From Minisyncoccota bacterium (GTDB lineage: Bacteria; Patescibacteriota; Minisyncoccia; UBA6257), in contig DAOOKJ010000003.1 in NCBI GenBank assembly GCA_035385585.1, positions 1 to 60,333 on the forward strand: 60,333 bases of DNA, written 5' to 3'. Under the pieces are notes generated by a model. That model was not told the DNA's origin and did no database searches. It saw only the letters and a list, made by a program, of their open reading frames with translations. The position numbers were made by a program, and so were the translations under genes. Of this stretch, positions 1-9,995 are shown piece by piece. Position 1 is the first letter of the stretch. Every line of letters begins with the position of its first letter.

Positions 1-280
1 GTTTTTTGACACTCCTAAAATCTCGTAGTAATCTTTCATAAAATTTTATTTGTAAGATTTACGATTATTATTTATATTGAAACTTATTACCCAGCCCTAA
101 TGAATAAGTTCTCGCTACCGTTCGCTCGCCCAACGTGCTCGCTTACTGGCGCTGCTCGCTCGCTCCCGAGCATTCAACTGCGTTGAGTGCTCGAACCATA
201 CCCGCTCGCTCGCAGAGCCGCGCTGCGAACTCATTCACCTGGACTGACGAAGGATGACTAGTGATATCCTTTCTTACTAT

Positions 281-1270
281 TTATTCTAATGTTAAAAACT
301 CTTTTTCTATTCCTTTTCTCTCTATCCTTACAACCTTCAAGCGGCTTAAGATCTCTTTCCCTATCCAGCTGAAAATAACCACTAAATATGAAAAAACAAA
401 ATTAAACAAACTCACCAGAGAATATAGTACCAGAAAAATGATTAAATAAAAAACCCATTTTAGAGCAGGAGAAATTGTCTGCCATTTGGTAAAAACAAAA
501 TTAATTAGAACCTGACTTACTTTTTCATTGCCTTTAAGCGGAACTGATAAAAACTTACTCACATTTGCTCTAGTCTCTTTTAATAAACTCTCTTCTAATG
601 ACTTTTGGACATTAGCTGAAACACCCATTTCTTGTTTTTTAATAAATCCTTTAAGTAGATCATCAACCGTACCGGAAAAATTTATTCCTTCCGGCGCTTT
701 CCAAAACCGGCTTAAAACAAAATCCAATCCCCCACTAAGTTTGGTCTTAAATTCTTCACCCTGACTTGTAAAAGTAAAATAAAAGAAAAAAATTAAAAGA
801 ATAACTACTGCCCAGCTCAAAAAAATGGATCCTTTTTTCACTATCCGCGGCCAATTTAAACTAGTTAAGACATTTGCCTCTCCCCTAATACTTAGACAAT
901 ATAATCCTAATAGAATGAAAACACCAACGATTACATACAAAAGCCAAACCTCAACAAACTTAGACAGAAAAACAGGCAGGAAAAAAGATAAAGTAAAAAT
1001 AATTAATCCAAAAAAAATATGCTTAAACCCAGCAGACAAAACAAAAATGGTTAAAAGAGCAAACCCAAAGATCCCCAGCAATGAACTGCTTATTAAAGAA
1101 AAGAGAGTAAAATTTCTAATCGTATTTATAACTAAAAGCGAAAAAAAAACAAAAATCGCCGCTAGAATTACGATTAAAAGAATTGATTTATAAAAGCCTT
1201 TTACATCTTTTTGAGCCAATCTATAAATCCGGTAAATATCACTTTCTTTAGAAGTATTTTTTTCTGACAT
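281..1270 (-). CDS. Polytopic membrane protein, function unknown
   Basis: 329-aa ORF with many hydrophobic segments and no motif I recognise. It lies directly downstream of dnaK. Confidence 0.55.
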   Translation of the reverse strand: MSEKNTSKESDIYRIYRLAQKDVKGFYKSILLIVILAAIFVFFSLLVINTIRNFTLFSLISSSLLGIFGFALLTIFVLSAGFKHIFFGLIIFTLSFFLPVFLSKFVEVWLLYVIVGVFILLGLYCLSIRGEANVLTSLNWPRIVKKGSIFLSWAVVILLIFFFYFTFTSQGEEFKTKLSGGLDFVLSRFWKAPEGINFSGTVDDLLKGFIKKQEMGVSANVQKSLEESLLKETRANVSKFLSVPLKGNEKVSQVLINFVFTKWQTISPALKWVFYLIIFLVLYSLVSLFNFVFSYLVVIFSWIGKEILSRLKVVRIERKGIEKEFLTLE

Positions 1271-1293
1271 AACAATTCCATTATATCATCTTT

Positions 1294-3219
1294 TTATTCC
1301 TCTTTAAAGTCTGCGTCTTGCGGTTTTTCTTTATTTTCATCTTCAGTTTTTTCTTCTGTCTCTGGCGGTGGTTGAGAAGATTCAGCCTGTTGGCTTTTAT
1401 ACAGTTCTTGGCCAATTTCAGAAAGAACTTGGGAAAACTCTTTAATCTTTGCCTCTATCTCCTCTTTGTCACCTTTATCTTTTACTTCTTTTAATTCTTT
1501 TATTCTTTCCTCCACTCTTTTTACCAAATCATCGGAAATTTTACCTTTAGCATCATTTAAAGTCTTTTCCGCAGTATAAATTAAGTTTTCGGCGTTATTT
1601 CGCACCTCAACTAATTCTTTCTTCTTTTTATCTTCTTCCGCATACATTTCTGCCTCTTTCTTTAATTTCTCTATTTCTTCCTTTGACAAACCGCTCGAAC
1701 CTTCAATCTTCACTGATTGGGATTTTGAAGTTGCTTTATCTTTTGCAGTTACTGATAAAATTCCATTAGCGTCAATATCAAAAGTCACTTCAATTTGAGG
1801 AAGACCACGAGGCGACGGAGGAATGCCATCTAAAATAAATTTGCCCAAACTTCGACAGTCGCTAGCCATTGGTCTTTCACCTTGTAAAACATTTATTTCA
1901 ACCGAGGTTTGATTATCGCTGGCAGTGGAAAAAATTTGGGTTTTTGAAACTGGAATAGTAGTATTTTTTGGAATCATAATTGTGTTAATCCCTCCTAAAG
2001 TTTCAATTCCCAATGACAGCGGTAAAACATCCAAAAGGAGAACATTTTTAATTTCTCCTTCTGGTACCCTCTTTTCCTGTGAAGCAGTAATAATTTCTGC
2101 TTCAATCGCGGCGCCAATTGCCACAATTTCTTCCGGATTAATTGACTTGTTTGGCTCTTTGCCAAAAAAGTTTTTTACTGCTTCTCGGACTTTTGGAATC
2201 AAGGTCGTTCCTCCCACTAACACTATTTCGTCTATTTGACTTTTGTCTAACTTCACTTCTTCTAAAGTTTTCTTTACTCTTTCAATTGATTTTTCTACTA
2301 GATCATTAATCAAATTTTCAAACTGGGCACGTTTTAATTTATAATATAAATGTTTTGGCCCGTTTGCATCAGCGGTAATATAGGGAAGGTTGATTTCTGT
2401 TTCTAAAACTGAAGAAAGTTCAATTTTCGCCTTTTCTACCGCTTCTTTCACCCGCTGTAAAGCCAGAGGATCTTTTGACAAATCAAATCCCTGCTCTTTC
2501 TTGAATTCTTCTAAGAGCCAATTGATTATCCGCTGATCAAAATCCTTTCCTCCTAAATGAGGTTCGCCTCCGGTGGCAAGTACTTCAACGGTTTCCGGCG
2601 CGACCTCTAAAATTGTCACGTCAAAAGTTCCACCCCCAAAATCATAAACTAACACTTTTTGTGATTGTTTTTTGCCTAATCCATAAGTTAGAGCCGCGGC
2701 AGTCGGCTCGTTTATTACTCTTAAAACCTTGAAACCGGCAATTTCCGCTGCTGTTTTCGTTGCTTTTCTTTGACTATCATCGAAATTTGCCGGACAAGTA
2801 ATGACAACTTTTTCTACCTTATCTGACAATTTATCCTCGGCGTCTATTTTGATTTTTTGCAGAATCATCGAAGAGATTTCAATCGGCGAATACCATTTAT
2901 CTCCCATTTTTACCTCTACTGAACCGTCGCTTGCTTTTCTTGTTTCGTAGGGAAGATTTTTTAATTCTTTTTGAATTTCTGGATCGTCGTATTTTCTACC
3001 GATAAATCTTTTCACTTCAAAAATGGTATTTTTAGGATTGGTGACTGCTTGTCTTTTTGCCAATTCACCAATCAATCTTTCGTTATTTTTAGTTAAAGCA
3101 ACAACAGAGGGAATCAAAATTGACCCCTCTCTTGATTCTAAGCATTTTGGCTCTCCATTTACAATGGAAGCCATTTTCGCAATAGATGTTCCTAAATCAA
3201 TTCCTAATATTTTAGACAT
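1294..3219 (-). CDS. dnaK: Chaperone DnaK (Hsp70)
   Basis: N-terminus ILGIDLGTS, DFGGGTFDV, VLVGGTTLIP, and an acidic C-terminal tail. Full-length Hsp70 architecture. Confidence 0.97.
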   Translation of the reverse strand: MSKILGIDLGTSIAKMASIVNGEPKCLESREGSILIPSVVALTKNNERLIGELAKRQAVTNPKNTIFEVKRFIGRKYDDPEIQKELKNLPYETRKASDGSVEVKMGDKWYSPIEISSMILQKIKIDAEDKLSDKVEKVVITCPANFDDSQRKATKTAAEIAGFKVLRVINEPTAAALTYGLGKKQSQKVLVYDFGGGTFDVTILEVAPETVEVLATGGEPHLGGKDFDQRIINWLLEEFKKEQGFDLSKDPLALQRVKEAVEKAKIELSSVLETEINLPYITADANGPKHLYYKLKRAQFENLINDLVEKSIERVKKTLEEVKLDKSQIDEIVLVGGTTLIPKVREAVKNFFGKEPNKSINPEEIVAIGAAIEAEIITASQEKRVPEGEIKNVLLLDVLPLSLGIETLGGINTIMIPKNTTIPVSKTQIFSTASDNQTSVEINVLQGERPMASDCRSLGKFILDGIPPSPRGLPQIEVTFDIDANGILSVTAKDKATSKSQSVKIEGSSGLSKEEIEKLKKEAEMYAEEDKKKKELVEVRNNAENLIYTAEKTLNDAKGKISDDLVKRVEERIKELKEVKDKGDKEEIEAKIKEFSQVLSEIGQELYKSQQAESSQPPPETEEKTEDENKEKPQDADFKEE

Positions 3220-3325
3220 AGTAGTAAATTAAATTAAATTAAATTGTTAAATTATTTAATAGTTTTATAGTTTACTCACCAAAATTTTTATCCACTCGCT
3301 TAAATTTCTTTGAAATTTTGGCAGG

Positions 3326-3835
3326 TTAATTCTTACTTTCTTTCTCAACTGCCACTCTCGCCGGCCTCAGCATCTTACCATTTAAAAGATATCCCTTCTG
3401 AAAAACTTCTGCTACACTGTTTGGCGGATATTTCTGGGTAACTATTTCTGAAACGATTTCCATATAATTTAAATCTGGGATTTTTCCTTTTTCAACAGGA
3501 ATTTCTTCCAATCCTTCTCTTTTTAGTATTTCTTCTAATTGACTTTTAATGAGAATAACTCCTTTCATATATTTCTCTTTTAGCGGTTCTCCTTCATTTC
3601 TTAAACTATTTAGAGCCAATTCAAAACTATCCAACACTGTTATAAGTTCTTTAATAATTCTCTCATTGGAAAAACGAATTACCTCTTCTAATCTTTCTCT
3701 TTCTTCTTTTTTATAATTAATCAAATCTGCCCGCGCCTTTTGCCAATCATTAAAAAGTTGCTCCTTTTCCTTTTTCAACTTTTCTAATTCTATCGCTAAT
3801 TCTTCAATATTTATTTCTTTTTTTTCTTCTTCCAT
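3326..3835 (-). CDS. grpE: Nucleotide exchange factor GrpE
   Basis: Coiled-coil N-terminus and a C-terminal QKGYLLNGKMLRPARVAV typical of GrpE. Sits between hrcA and dnaK. Confidence 0.9.
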   Translation of the reverse strand: MEEEKKEINIEELAIELEKLKKEKEQLFNDWQKARADLINYKKEERERLEEVIRFSNERIIKELITVLDSFELALNSLRNEGEPLKEKYMKGVILIKSQLEEILKREGLEEIPVEKGKIPDLNYMEIVSEIVTQKYPPNSVAEVFQKGYLLNGKMLRPARVAVEKESKN

Positions 3836-3894
3836 AATATTATTTTTAAGATTTTTAAGTTATAAGCCATATGTTACACGTTATATTCCGCTCA

Positions 3895-4605
3895 TTAAAT
3901 CACTTCCGCCATTGCTTGAATCAATCCTAAATTTTTCTCATAAGGCATTCTTTTAGAACCCAAAATGCCAAAAATTCCATCTCTAAAATGCGACTTTTCT
4001 CCTAAAAAACTCAAGCAATCAATTTTAACGAAAGGGTTCTCTCTCCCGATATAAACCAAAGGGCCCTCTTTTATCTCTAAATTTTTAACCTGATTGTCAA
4101 AACTTTCAAGAGATTCGGCAACTTTTTCTATTAATTCTAAAACATTATCTTGGCTATTATCAATATTAGCAAAAAGATATCGCAACCCTCTTTTAATTAA
4201 TAGTTGGTCATCCAAGAGATAAAAGAAACTAAACGATTTTGTTTCTTCAGACAGAAATTCAACCGCTTTCTCAAAATCCTTAAAAATCGATGTTCTTTCT
4301 TTTAACTTGTCAAACCATTTATTTTTCCACTCATCAATTTCGCCGCTTTCAAGAATATTGGAAATAAAAAATTTTAACGCCTTGTCAGTCGGCAAACGGC
4401 CGCTTGAGATATGGCTTTTATAGAGATACCCTTCTTTGCTCAGCTTCTGAAAATCATTTCTAATCGTTGCTGAACTTAAATCTAAATGATAATGATAAAC
4501 TAAAAAACTAGAAGCCACTGGCTCGCCTTTTTCCAAATAAGAACTGACTACTTTTTGGAGAATTCTTTGCTTTCTTTTTTGAAATTCCTCTTTTATCACT
4601 ATCAT
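3895..4605 (-). CDS. hrcA: Heat-inducible repressor HrcA (short form)
   Basis: N-terminal winged helix GEPVASS...SSATIRNDFQKLSKEGYL...SSGRLPT matches the HrcA signature. A CIRCE element lies upstream. Confidence 0.8.
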   Translation of the reverse strand: MIVIKEEFQKRKQRILQKVVSSYLEKGEPVASSFLVYHYHLDLSSATIRNDFQKLSKEGYLYKSHISSGRLPTDKALKFFISNILESGEIDEWKNKWFDKLKERTSIFKDFEKAVEFLSEETKSFSFFYLLDDQLLIKRGLRYLFANIDNSQDNVLELIEKVAESLESFDNQVKNLEIKEGPLVYIGRENPFVKIDCLSFLGEKSHFRDGIFGILGSKRMPYEKNLGLIQAMAEVI

Positions 4606-4660
4606 AAAGAAATTTGTCTGCCTACTTTTGACTTTTGACTTATCTAATATATTTTACTCA

Positions 4661-4687
4661 TTAGCAGTTAAAAGTCAAGAGTGCTAA
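4661..4687 (-). promoter_or_regulatory. CIRCE operator (HrcA binding site)
   Basis: TTAGCAGTT-N9-GAGTGCTAA against the consensus TTAGCACTC-N9-GAGTGCTAA. Located 56 nt upstream of the hrcA start. Confidence 0.75.
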
Positions 4688-4793
4688 CCAAAATTTTTTA
4701 TCCCCTTTTTTTCCACTTTAAAATTTTAAAATTCATTGCTTTAGAAAAACGCCCGTGCTAAAATGAAAATGTTAAATATTTAATCTCAAATTT

Positions 4794-5702
4794 ATGAAAC
4801 AAGTCTTTAGGGGCAAAATCATCTGGATAGATATTCACAATCCAACCAACCAAGATTTGGAGTATGTGGCTAAAAATTATAAGTTGCATCCTTTAATTTT
4901 AAAAGAATTAGGAACTCCCAGCCAGCGTTCTAAAGCAGAAATCTACAATGACTATATTTATCTAGTGACTCATTTTCCTTATTGGGATCCAGTAAAGCAA
5001 ACCTCTGTTCCTTGGGAATTAGATGTCATCATCGCCAAGCATTCTTTAATCACTTCCTCTTATGGCCCAATGATAGACGCCCATCAAGAAATTCTGGAAC
5101 AAGTTTATCAAAAAGATTTTGAAGACAATTATTTGAATGAAGTCTCAAAACTTTTTTATTTCATCTTCACTCAATATCTTAATTTTGCTATGCGTCAGAT
5201 TGTTCACATTCAAGAAAAAATAAATAAAATTGAAGGAGAGATTTTTGCCGGAAAACACCAGCAAGTTATTCCTTTAATTTCTTATACCAAAAGAGATGTT
5301 TTAAATTTTAGAAGAATCTTCCGTTATTTAAAAGAGGATATTAATTCTTTAGTGCGGCGGGGGCCGATGATTTTAGGCGAGGGCTCAAAAATTTATTTTG
5401 AAGATTTGATGGGAGAAAGTTTAAGAGTTGATAATATTATAGAAGGCTTTAAAGACACAATTGAATCTTTAGAAAATACCAATAATTCCTATATTGAATA
5501 TAAAATCAATCTTTTGACCAAGATTTTTACTGTCGTTTCTTTTATCGGTTGGCCAACTTTAATCATTATTAGCGCCTTTCAAATGAATGTTAAAAATCTA
5601 CCTTTGATCGGCAAACCATATGATTTCTTTTTAGTTTTAGGGGTTGCTCTTATTCCTGCTATTGTTTTTTATTTAATCCTCAAAAAGAAAAAATTGCTTT
5701 AA
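4794..5702 (+). CDS. CorA-family divalent cation transporter-like protein
   Basis: 302 aa with two C-terminal TM helices joined by FQMNVKNLP, where CorA has YGMNF..MP. Soluble N-terminal domain. Confidence 0.7.
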   Translation: MKQVFRGKIIWIDIHNPTNQDLEYVAKNYKLHPLILKELGTPSQRSKAEIYNDYIYLVTHFPYWDPVKQTSVPWELDVIIAKHSLITSSYGPMIDAHQEILEQVYQKDFEDNYLNEVSKLFYFIFTQYLNFAMRQIVHIQEKINKIEGEIFAGKHQQVIPLISYTKRDVLNFRRIFRYLKEDINSLVRRGPMILGEGSKIYFEDLMGESLRVDNIIEGFKDTIESLENTNNSYIEYKINLLTKIFTVVSFIGWPTLIIISAFQMNVKNLPLIGKPYDFFLVLGVALIPAIVFYLILKKKKLL

Positions 5703-5709
5703 AATCGCA

Positions 5710-7164
5710 ATGAAACTTTATAACACTCTTACTAAAAAAATTGAAGTTTTTAAACCCCTGAAAGACAGGCGTGTCGGCCTTTATACTTGCGGCCCGACAG
5801 TTTACGATTATGACCATATAGGCCATGCTTGGAACTACACTATGGCTGATTTATTGCGCCGAACGCTTGAATTTCTTGGCCACAAAGTAACTCATGTAAT
5901 GAATATTACTGACGTTGGCCATTTAACTTCAGATGCTGATACCGGTCAAGATAAAGTGGAACAAAGCGCTAAAGAACATAAAAAAACCGCTTTTGAAATT
6001 GCCCAATATTTCACTAATATTTATCTTTCAAATCGGCACAAAATGAATATGCTTGAACCAAATGTTATTTGTAAGGCAACTGACCATATAAAAGAAATGA
6101 TAAATCTAATAGAAAAAATTTATGAAAAAGGGGCGGCTTATATTATTGATGACGGTGTTTACTTTGATGTTTCAAAATATCCAAAATACGGTCAACTCTC
6201 TGGCAATACTTTAGAGAAATTAAAAGCCGGGGCAAGGATTGAAGTTAATCCTCAAAAAAAACATCCGGCAGATTTTGCTTTATGGAAATTTACTCCAAAA
6301 GGAGTAAAAAGGCAAATGGAGTGGGACTCGCACTGGGGTAAAGGTTTTCCCGGTTGGCATATTGAATGTTCAGCTATGTCAATGAAATATTTAGGAGAAA
6401 GCTTTGACATTCATACTGGTGGAGAGGATAACATTTTTCCCCATCATGAATCAGAAATTGCCCAGGCAGAAACTGCCACCGGAAAGCAATTTGTTAAATA
6501 TTGGTTTCACCCTCGCTTTTTACTGGTTGAAGGACAAAAAATGTCAAAATCTCTCAAAAATTTCTATACGATAAAAGACCTTGAAAATAAGGGATTCGAG
6601 CCTTTAAGTTTAAGGTATCTTTTTTTAACTAGCCACTATCGCCAGCGATTTAATTTCACCTTTAAGGGGCTGAAGGCAAGCCAGGTATCTTTGGAAAAAA
6701 TAAGAGAATTTATAAACAAAATTGTAGCAGAAGCAAAATTAACAAAAAAACAAACGGAAAAAAATATTTCAAAAAAGAAAACAGTCAGTCTCAAAAAATA
6801 CCAAGAAGAGTTCAGAAAAGCGATTGAAAACGATTTAAACATTCCAAAAGCCTTAAGCACTTTATGGAAACTTATAAAAGATTATAATAAAAATCCGTCT
6901 AAATTTGATCCTAAAAAAGTTTATGCTTTAATTTTAGAATGGGATAAAGTTTTCGGTTTAAATCTTAAAGAAGTAAAACCAATTAAAATTCCAAAGCAAG
7001 TTGCTGAACTGGTCAAAAAACGAGAGGAATATCGTAAGAACAAAGACTTCAAGAAAGCTGATGAAATCAGAAAAACAATAGAAAAATTAGGATATTTAAT
7101 TGAAGATACAATAAAAGGACCAAAAATATGCCTCCGGAAGAAAAATTACCACCTCAAAACATAG
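5710..7164 (+). CDS. cysS: Cysteine--tRNA ligase
   Basis: HIGH-type motif (DHIGHAWNY), KMSKS present, WHIECS zinc site. Confidence 0.95.
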   Translation: MKLYNTLTKKIEVFKPLKDRRVGLYTCGPTVYDYDHIGHAWNYTMADLLRRTLEFLGHKVTHVMNITDVGHLTSDADTGQDKVEQSAKEHKKTAFEIAQYFTNIYLSNRHKMNMLEPNVICKATDHIKEMINLIEKIYEKGAAYIIDDGVYFDVSKYPKYGQLSGNTLEKLKAGARIEVNPQKKHPADFALWKFTPKGVKRQMEWDSHWGKGFPGWHIECSAMSMKYLGESFDIHTGGEDNIFPHHESEIAQAETATGKQFVKYWFHPRFLLVEGQKMSKSLKNFYTIKDLENKGFEPLSLRYLFLTSHYRQRFNFTFKGLKASQVSLEKIREFINKIVAEAKLTKKQTEKNISKKKTVSLKKYQEEFRKAIENDLNIPKALSTLWKLIKDYNKNPSKFDPKKVYALILEWDKVFGLNLKEVKPIKIPKQVAELVKKREEYRKNKDFKKADEIRKTIEKLGYLIEDTIKGPKICLRKKNYHLKT

Positions 7165-8501
7165 AAGCAGAAGAATCTGTTTTGGGCGCTTTAATTATAG
7201 ACAATAATGCTATTGTTAAAATTGCCGATATTTTATTTCCAGAAGATTTTTATTTACCAAAACACCAGCAGATTTTTGAAGCAATTTTGGATTTATACAA
7301 AAAAAATGAGCCGGTTGATGTTCTATCTTTGACTAACAGGTTAGAAGAAAAAAATCTTTTAAAAGAGATAGGCGGAGTTAGTTTTCTAACTTCTCTTGTT
7401 AATAAAACTCCAACCAGCGCTCATGTTGTTCATTACGCTAAAATTGTTCATGATAAAAAGATACTAAGAGATTTAGTAAGCGCTTCTTACCAAATCGCAG
7501 AATTGGGTTTTAATGAAGAAGAGGATGTGAGTAATGTTTTAGACAATGCCGAGCAAATTATCTTTAATATTTCGCAAAAATCTATCAGTTATGAATTTAT
7601 TCCTTTAAAAGAAGAGTTAGTCAAAGCCTTTGAAAGAATTGACCAACTCCATAAAGGCGGCGGTAAATTACGAGGACTAACAACTGGCTTTAGCCAGTTA
7701 GATAAATATTTGGCTGGCCTGCAAAAATCAGATTTAATTGTTTTAGGGGCAAGGCCTTCTTTAGGAAAAACTTCTTTGGCTTTGGATATCGCCCGCCATG
7801 TCGCTTTAAGGGAAAGAGTACCTGTTGGAATTTTTAGTTTAGAAATGTCTCGCGACCAAATTGTTGACAGATTAATTGCCGCTGAGTCGACTGTTGACTT
7901 ATGGAGAATTAGAACTGGTAGCCTTTCTACCGAAGGAGAAATAAATGACTTTACTTTAATTCAAGACGCATTATCGCGCTTAGCCGAAGCGCCTATCTAT
8001 ATTGACGATGCGCCTTCGCCAACTGTAATGCAAATGAGAACTGTTGCCAGAAGACTCCAAGCAGAAACAGGGTTAGGATTACTTGTCGTTGATTATCTCC
8101 AATTAATTACCCCTTCCTCTCTTAAAGAAAGCGCGGTCCAACAATATTCTGAAATCTCTCGTTCGCTCAAAGCGCTATCCCGAGAACTTAATGTTCCAGT
8201 TTTAACAGTTTCCCAGTTGTCGCGGGCAGTTGAGCAGCGTTCACCCCCAATTCCCAGACTTTCTGACTTAAGAGAAACCGGCGCCATTGAACAAGATTGC
8301 GACGTGGCAATGTTTATTTATCGGGAAGATAGATATAATCCTGACTCCGAAAAGAAAAATATCGCTGACATTATAATCGCCAAGCACCGCAATGGTCCCT
8401 TAGGCCACATTTCTTTGTACTTCAACGAACAATTAACCAGTTTTAGAAATCTGGAAAGAGAAGAATATACCAGTGAATTTGAAGAATTAGAAGGAGAGTA
8501 A
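7128..8501 (+). CDS. dnaB: Replicative DNA helicase DnaB
   Basis: PPQNIEAEESVLGALI N-terminus, Walker A GARPSLGKTS, RecA-like C-terminal domain. Overlaps the cysS 3' end by 37 nt. Confidence 0.95.
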   Translation: MPPEEKLPPQNIEAEESVLGALIIDNNAIVKIADILFPEDFYLPKHQQIFEAILDLYKKNEPVDVLSLTNRLEEKNLLKEIGGVSFLTSLVNKTPTSAHVVHYAKIVHDKKILRDLVSASYQIAELGFNEEEDVSNVLDNAEQIIFNISQKSISYEFIPLKEELVKAFERIDQLHKGGGKLRGLTTGFSQLDKYLAGLQKSDLIVLGARPSLGKTSLALDIARHVALRERVPVGIFSLEMSRDQIVDRLIAAESTVDLWRIRTGSLSTEGEINDFTLIQDALSRLAEAPIYIDDAPSPTVMQMRTVARRLQAETGLGLLVVDYLQLITPSSLKESAVQQYSEISRSLKALSRELNVPVLTVSQLSRAVEQRSPPIPRLSDLRETGAIEQDCDVAMFIYREDRYNPDSEKKNIADIIIAKHRNGPLGHISLYFNEQLTSFRNLEREEYTSEFEELEGE

Positions 8502-8642
8502 AAAATAATAAATAAAAAATAAAAAACACAAATTAAAAATCAAAAATTTGTCCTCTCTTTTCTCTTTTATTTTTTATTTTTTATCTTTTATTTATTATTT
8601 ATTATTTATTATTTTTTATTTTTTATTTATTATTTTATTTTT

Positions 8643-9266
8643 ATGTCCTTACCTAAACCAATTAAAAATTTAGCCGATTCCTTGGCGCAATTTCCCGGTA
8701 TCGGTCCACGCCAGGCTTTAAGACTGACTTTTTGGCTTTTGCATCAAAAAAAAGAAGTCCAAACAGAAGTACTAAAAAACTTTAATGATTTATTTTTGAA
8801 AATAAAACTTTGTCCTGAATGCGCATTTCCCTTTGAAATAAAAAACAATGATACCCTCTGCGAATTTTGCCGGGACAAAAGAAGAAATCACGCGATAATC
8901 TGTATTGTTGAAAAAGAAACTGATGTTTTATCTATTGAAAAAACAAATAAATACACCGGCCTTTATCATATTTTGGGAGGGCTTATTTCAGAAATAGACA
9001 AAGAAACAATCAAAAATTTAAACTTAACTACCCTAATTTCAAGAATAAAAAATAAAAGTAAAACCAATCAACCAGTTCGCGAATTGATTTTGGCTTTGAA
9101 TCCGACTTCAGAAGGAAATCTTACCAGTTATTACTTGGAAAAAGAAATAAAGAATCTCAATCTAAAAATAAAAATTACAAAACTCGCCAAAGGAATACCG
9201 ACTGGCGGAGATATTGAATTTGCTGATAGCGAAACTTTAATCAGCGCGCTGGAAGGAAGAAAGTAA
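8643..9266 (+). CDS. recR: Recombination protein RecR
   Basis: FPGIGPRQALRL helix-hairpin-helix, CPEC...CEFC zinc finger, Toprim-like core. Confidence 0.93.
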   Translation: MSLPKPIKNLADSLAQFPGIGPRQALRLTFWLLHQKKEVQTEVLKNFNDLFLKIKLCPECAFPFEIKNNDTLCEFCRDKRRNHAIICIVEKETDVLSIEKTNKYTGLYHILGGLISEIDKETIKNLNLTTLISRIKNKSKTNQPVRELILALNPTSEGNLTSYYLEKEIKNLNLKIKITKLAKGIPTGGDIEFADSETLISALEGRK

Positions 9267-9295
9267 CGCATCAAGAAAAAATATTTTCTTTATCC

Positions 9296-9610
9296 CTATT
9301 GTATTTCTTTTATCAAAACTTCCATATATGGCTGACGATGACCTTTCTTTTTGCGATAGCGGGTTTTTGAATGATATTTAAAGACAATTATTTTTTTCCC
9401 TTTTCCAACTTTCAGAATTTCACCAATTACTTTTTTTCCCTCTAAATAGGGTTTGCCAATCAAGGTTTTTCCTTTTTCGTCGGAAATTAAAAGCACTTTT
9501 TCAAACTCAACCTTATCCCCTTGTTTAAGGTCTTTTATTTTTTCTATCTTAATTTTTTGATTTGGGGAAACCAAATACTCCTTTCCGCCAGTCTCAATAA
9601 CTGCTAACAT
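9296..9610 (-). CDS. rplU: 50S ribosomal protein L21
   Basis: MLAVIETGGKEY...KHRQPY pattern typical of L21. Confidence 0.92.
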   Translation of the reverse strand: MLAVIETGGKEYLVSPNQKIKIEKIKDLKQGDKVEFEKVLLISDEKGKTLIGKPYLEGKKVIGEILKVGKGKKIIVFKYHSKTRYRKKKGHRQPYMEVLIKEIQ

Positions 9611-9614
9611 TTTA

Positions 9615-9947
9615 TTATAAATTTAAAAAATAAATTTGAAGACTAATCAGAAAAACTAAAACAACAATCACTATATTAGCATAATTTAAAATCTTTTTCA
9701 AATTTACTCCCTTTATTTCTACTTTCTTGTTTATTAAAAAATTAACTAAAATAAAAATAATTCCCAAAATATAAAAATTAAAAACCCTCTGCCTTTGAGT
9801 TAAAAAGTTAAAACCTAATTCATTTCTTTTTAAAACCACCGGAAAATTCGGCGCTGATTTTAAGTAAACTTTCAATATTAAAACAAAAGAGATTATAAGG
9901 AAAATTATCAAAAATAAATTAACCTTCTTTAAGTTATAAATCTTCAT
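9615..9947 (-). CDS. Small membrane protein, function unknown
   Basis: 110 aa with three hydrophobic segments. The gap to rplU is only 4 nt. Confidence 0.5.
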   Translation of the reverse strand: MKIYNLKKVNLFLIIFLIISFVLILKVYLKSAPNFPVVLKRNELGFNFLTQRQRVFNFYILGIIFILVNFLINKKVEIKGVNLKKILNYANIVIVVLVFLISLQIYFLNL

Positions 9948-9995
9948 TGTTCTTTGTATCTCTATTTTTTGCTTAATAATTTCAACTTCTTAATA

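Noticed and set aside
8502-8636. 25-bp perfect inverted repeat made only of A/T (aaaataataaataaaaaataaaaaa with its complement at 8612-8636) between dnaB and recR. A similar (TTTTTTA)n tract lies at 51987-52045.
   Set aside because: This is low-complexity A/T repeat sequence that is expected to self-complement by chance in this genome. It is most simply a spacer or weak terminator and an A-rich untranslated leader.
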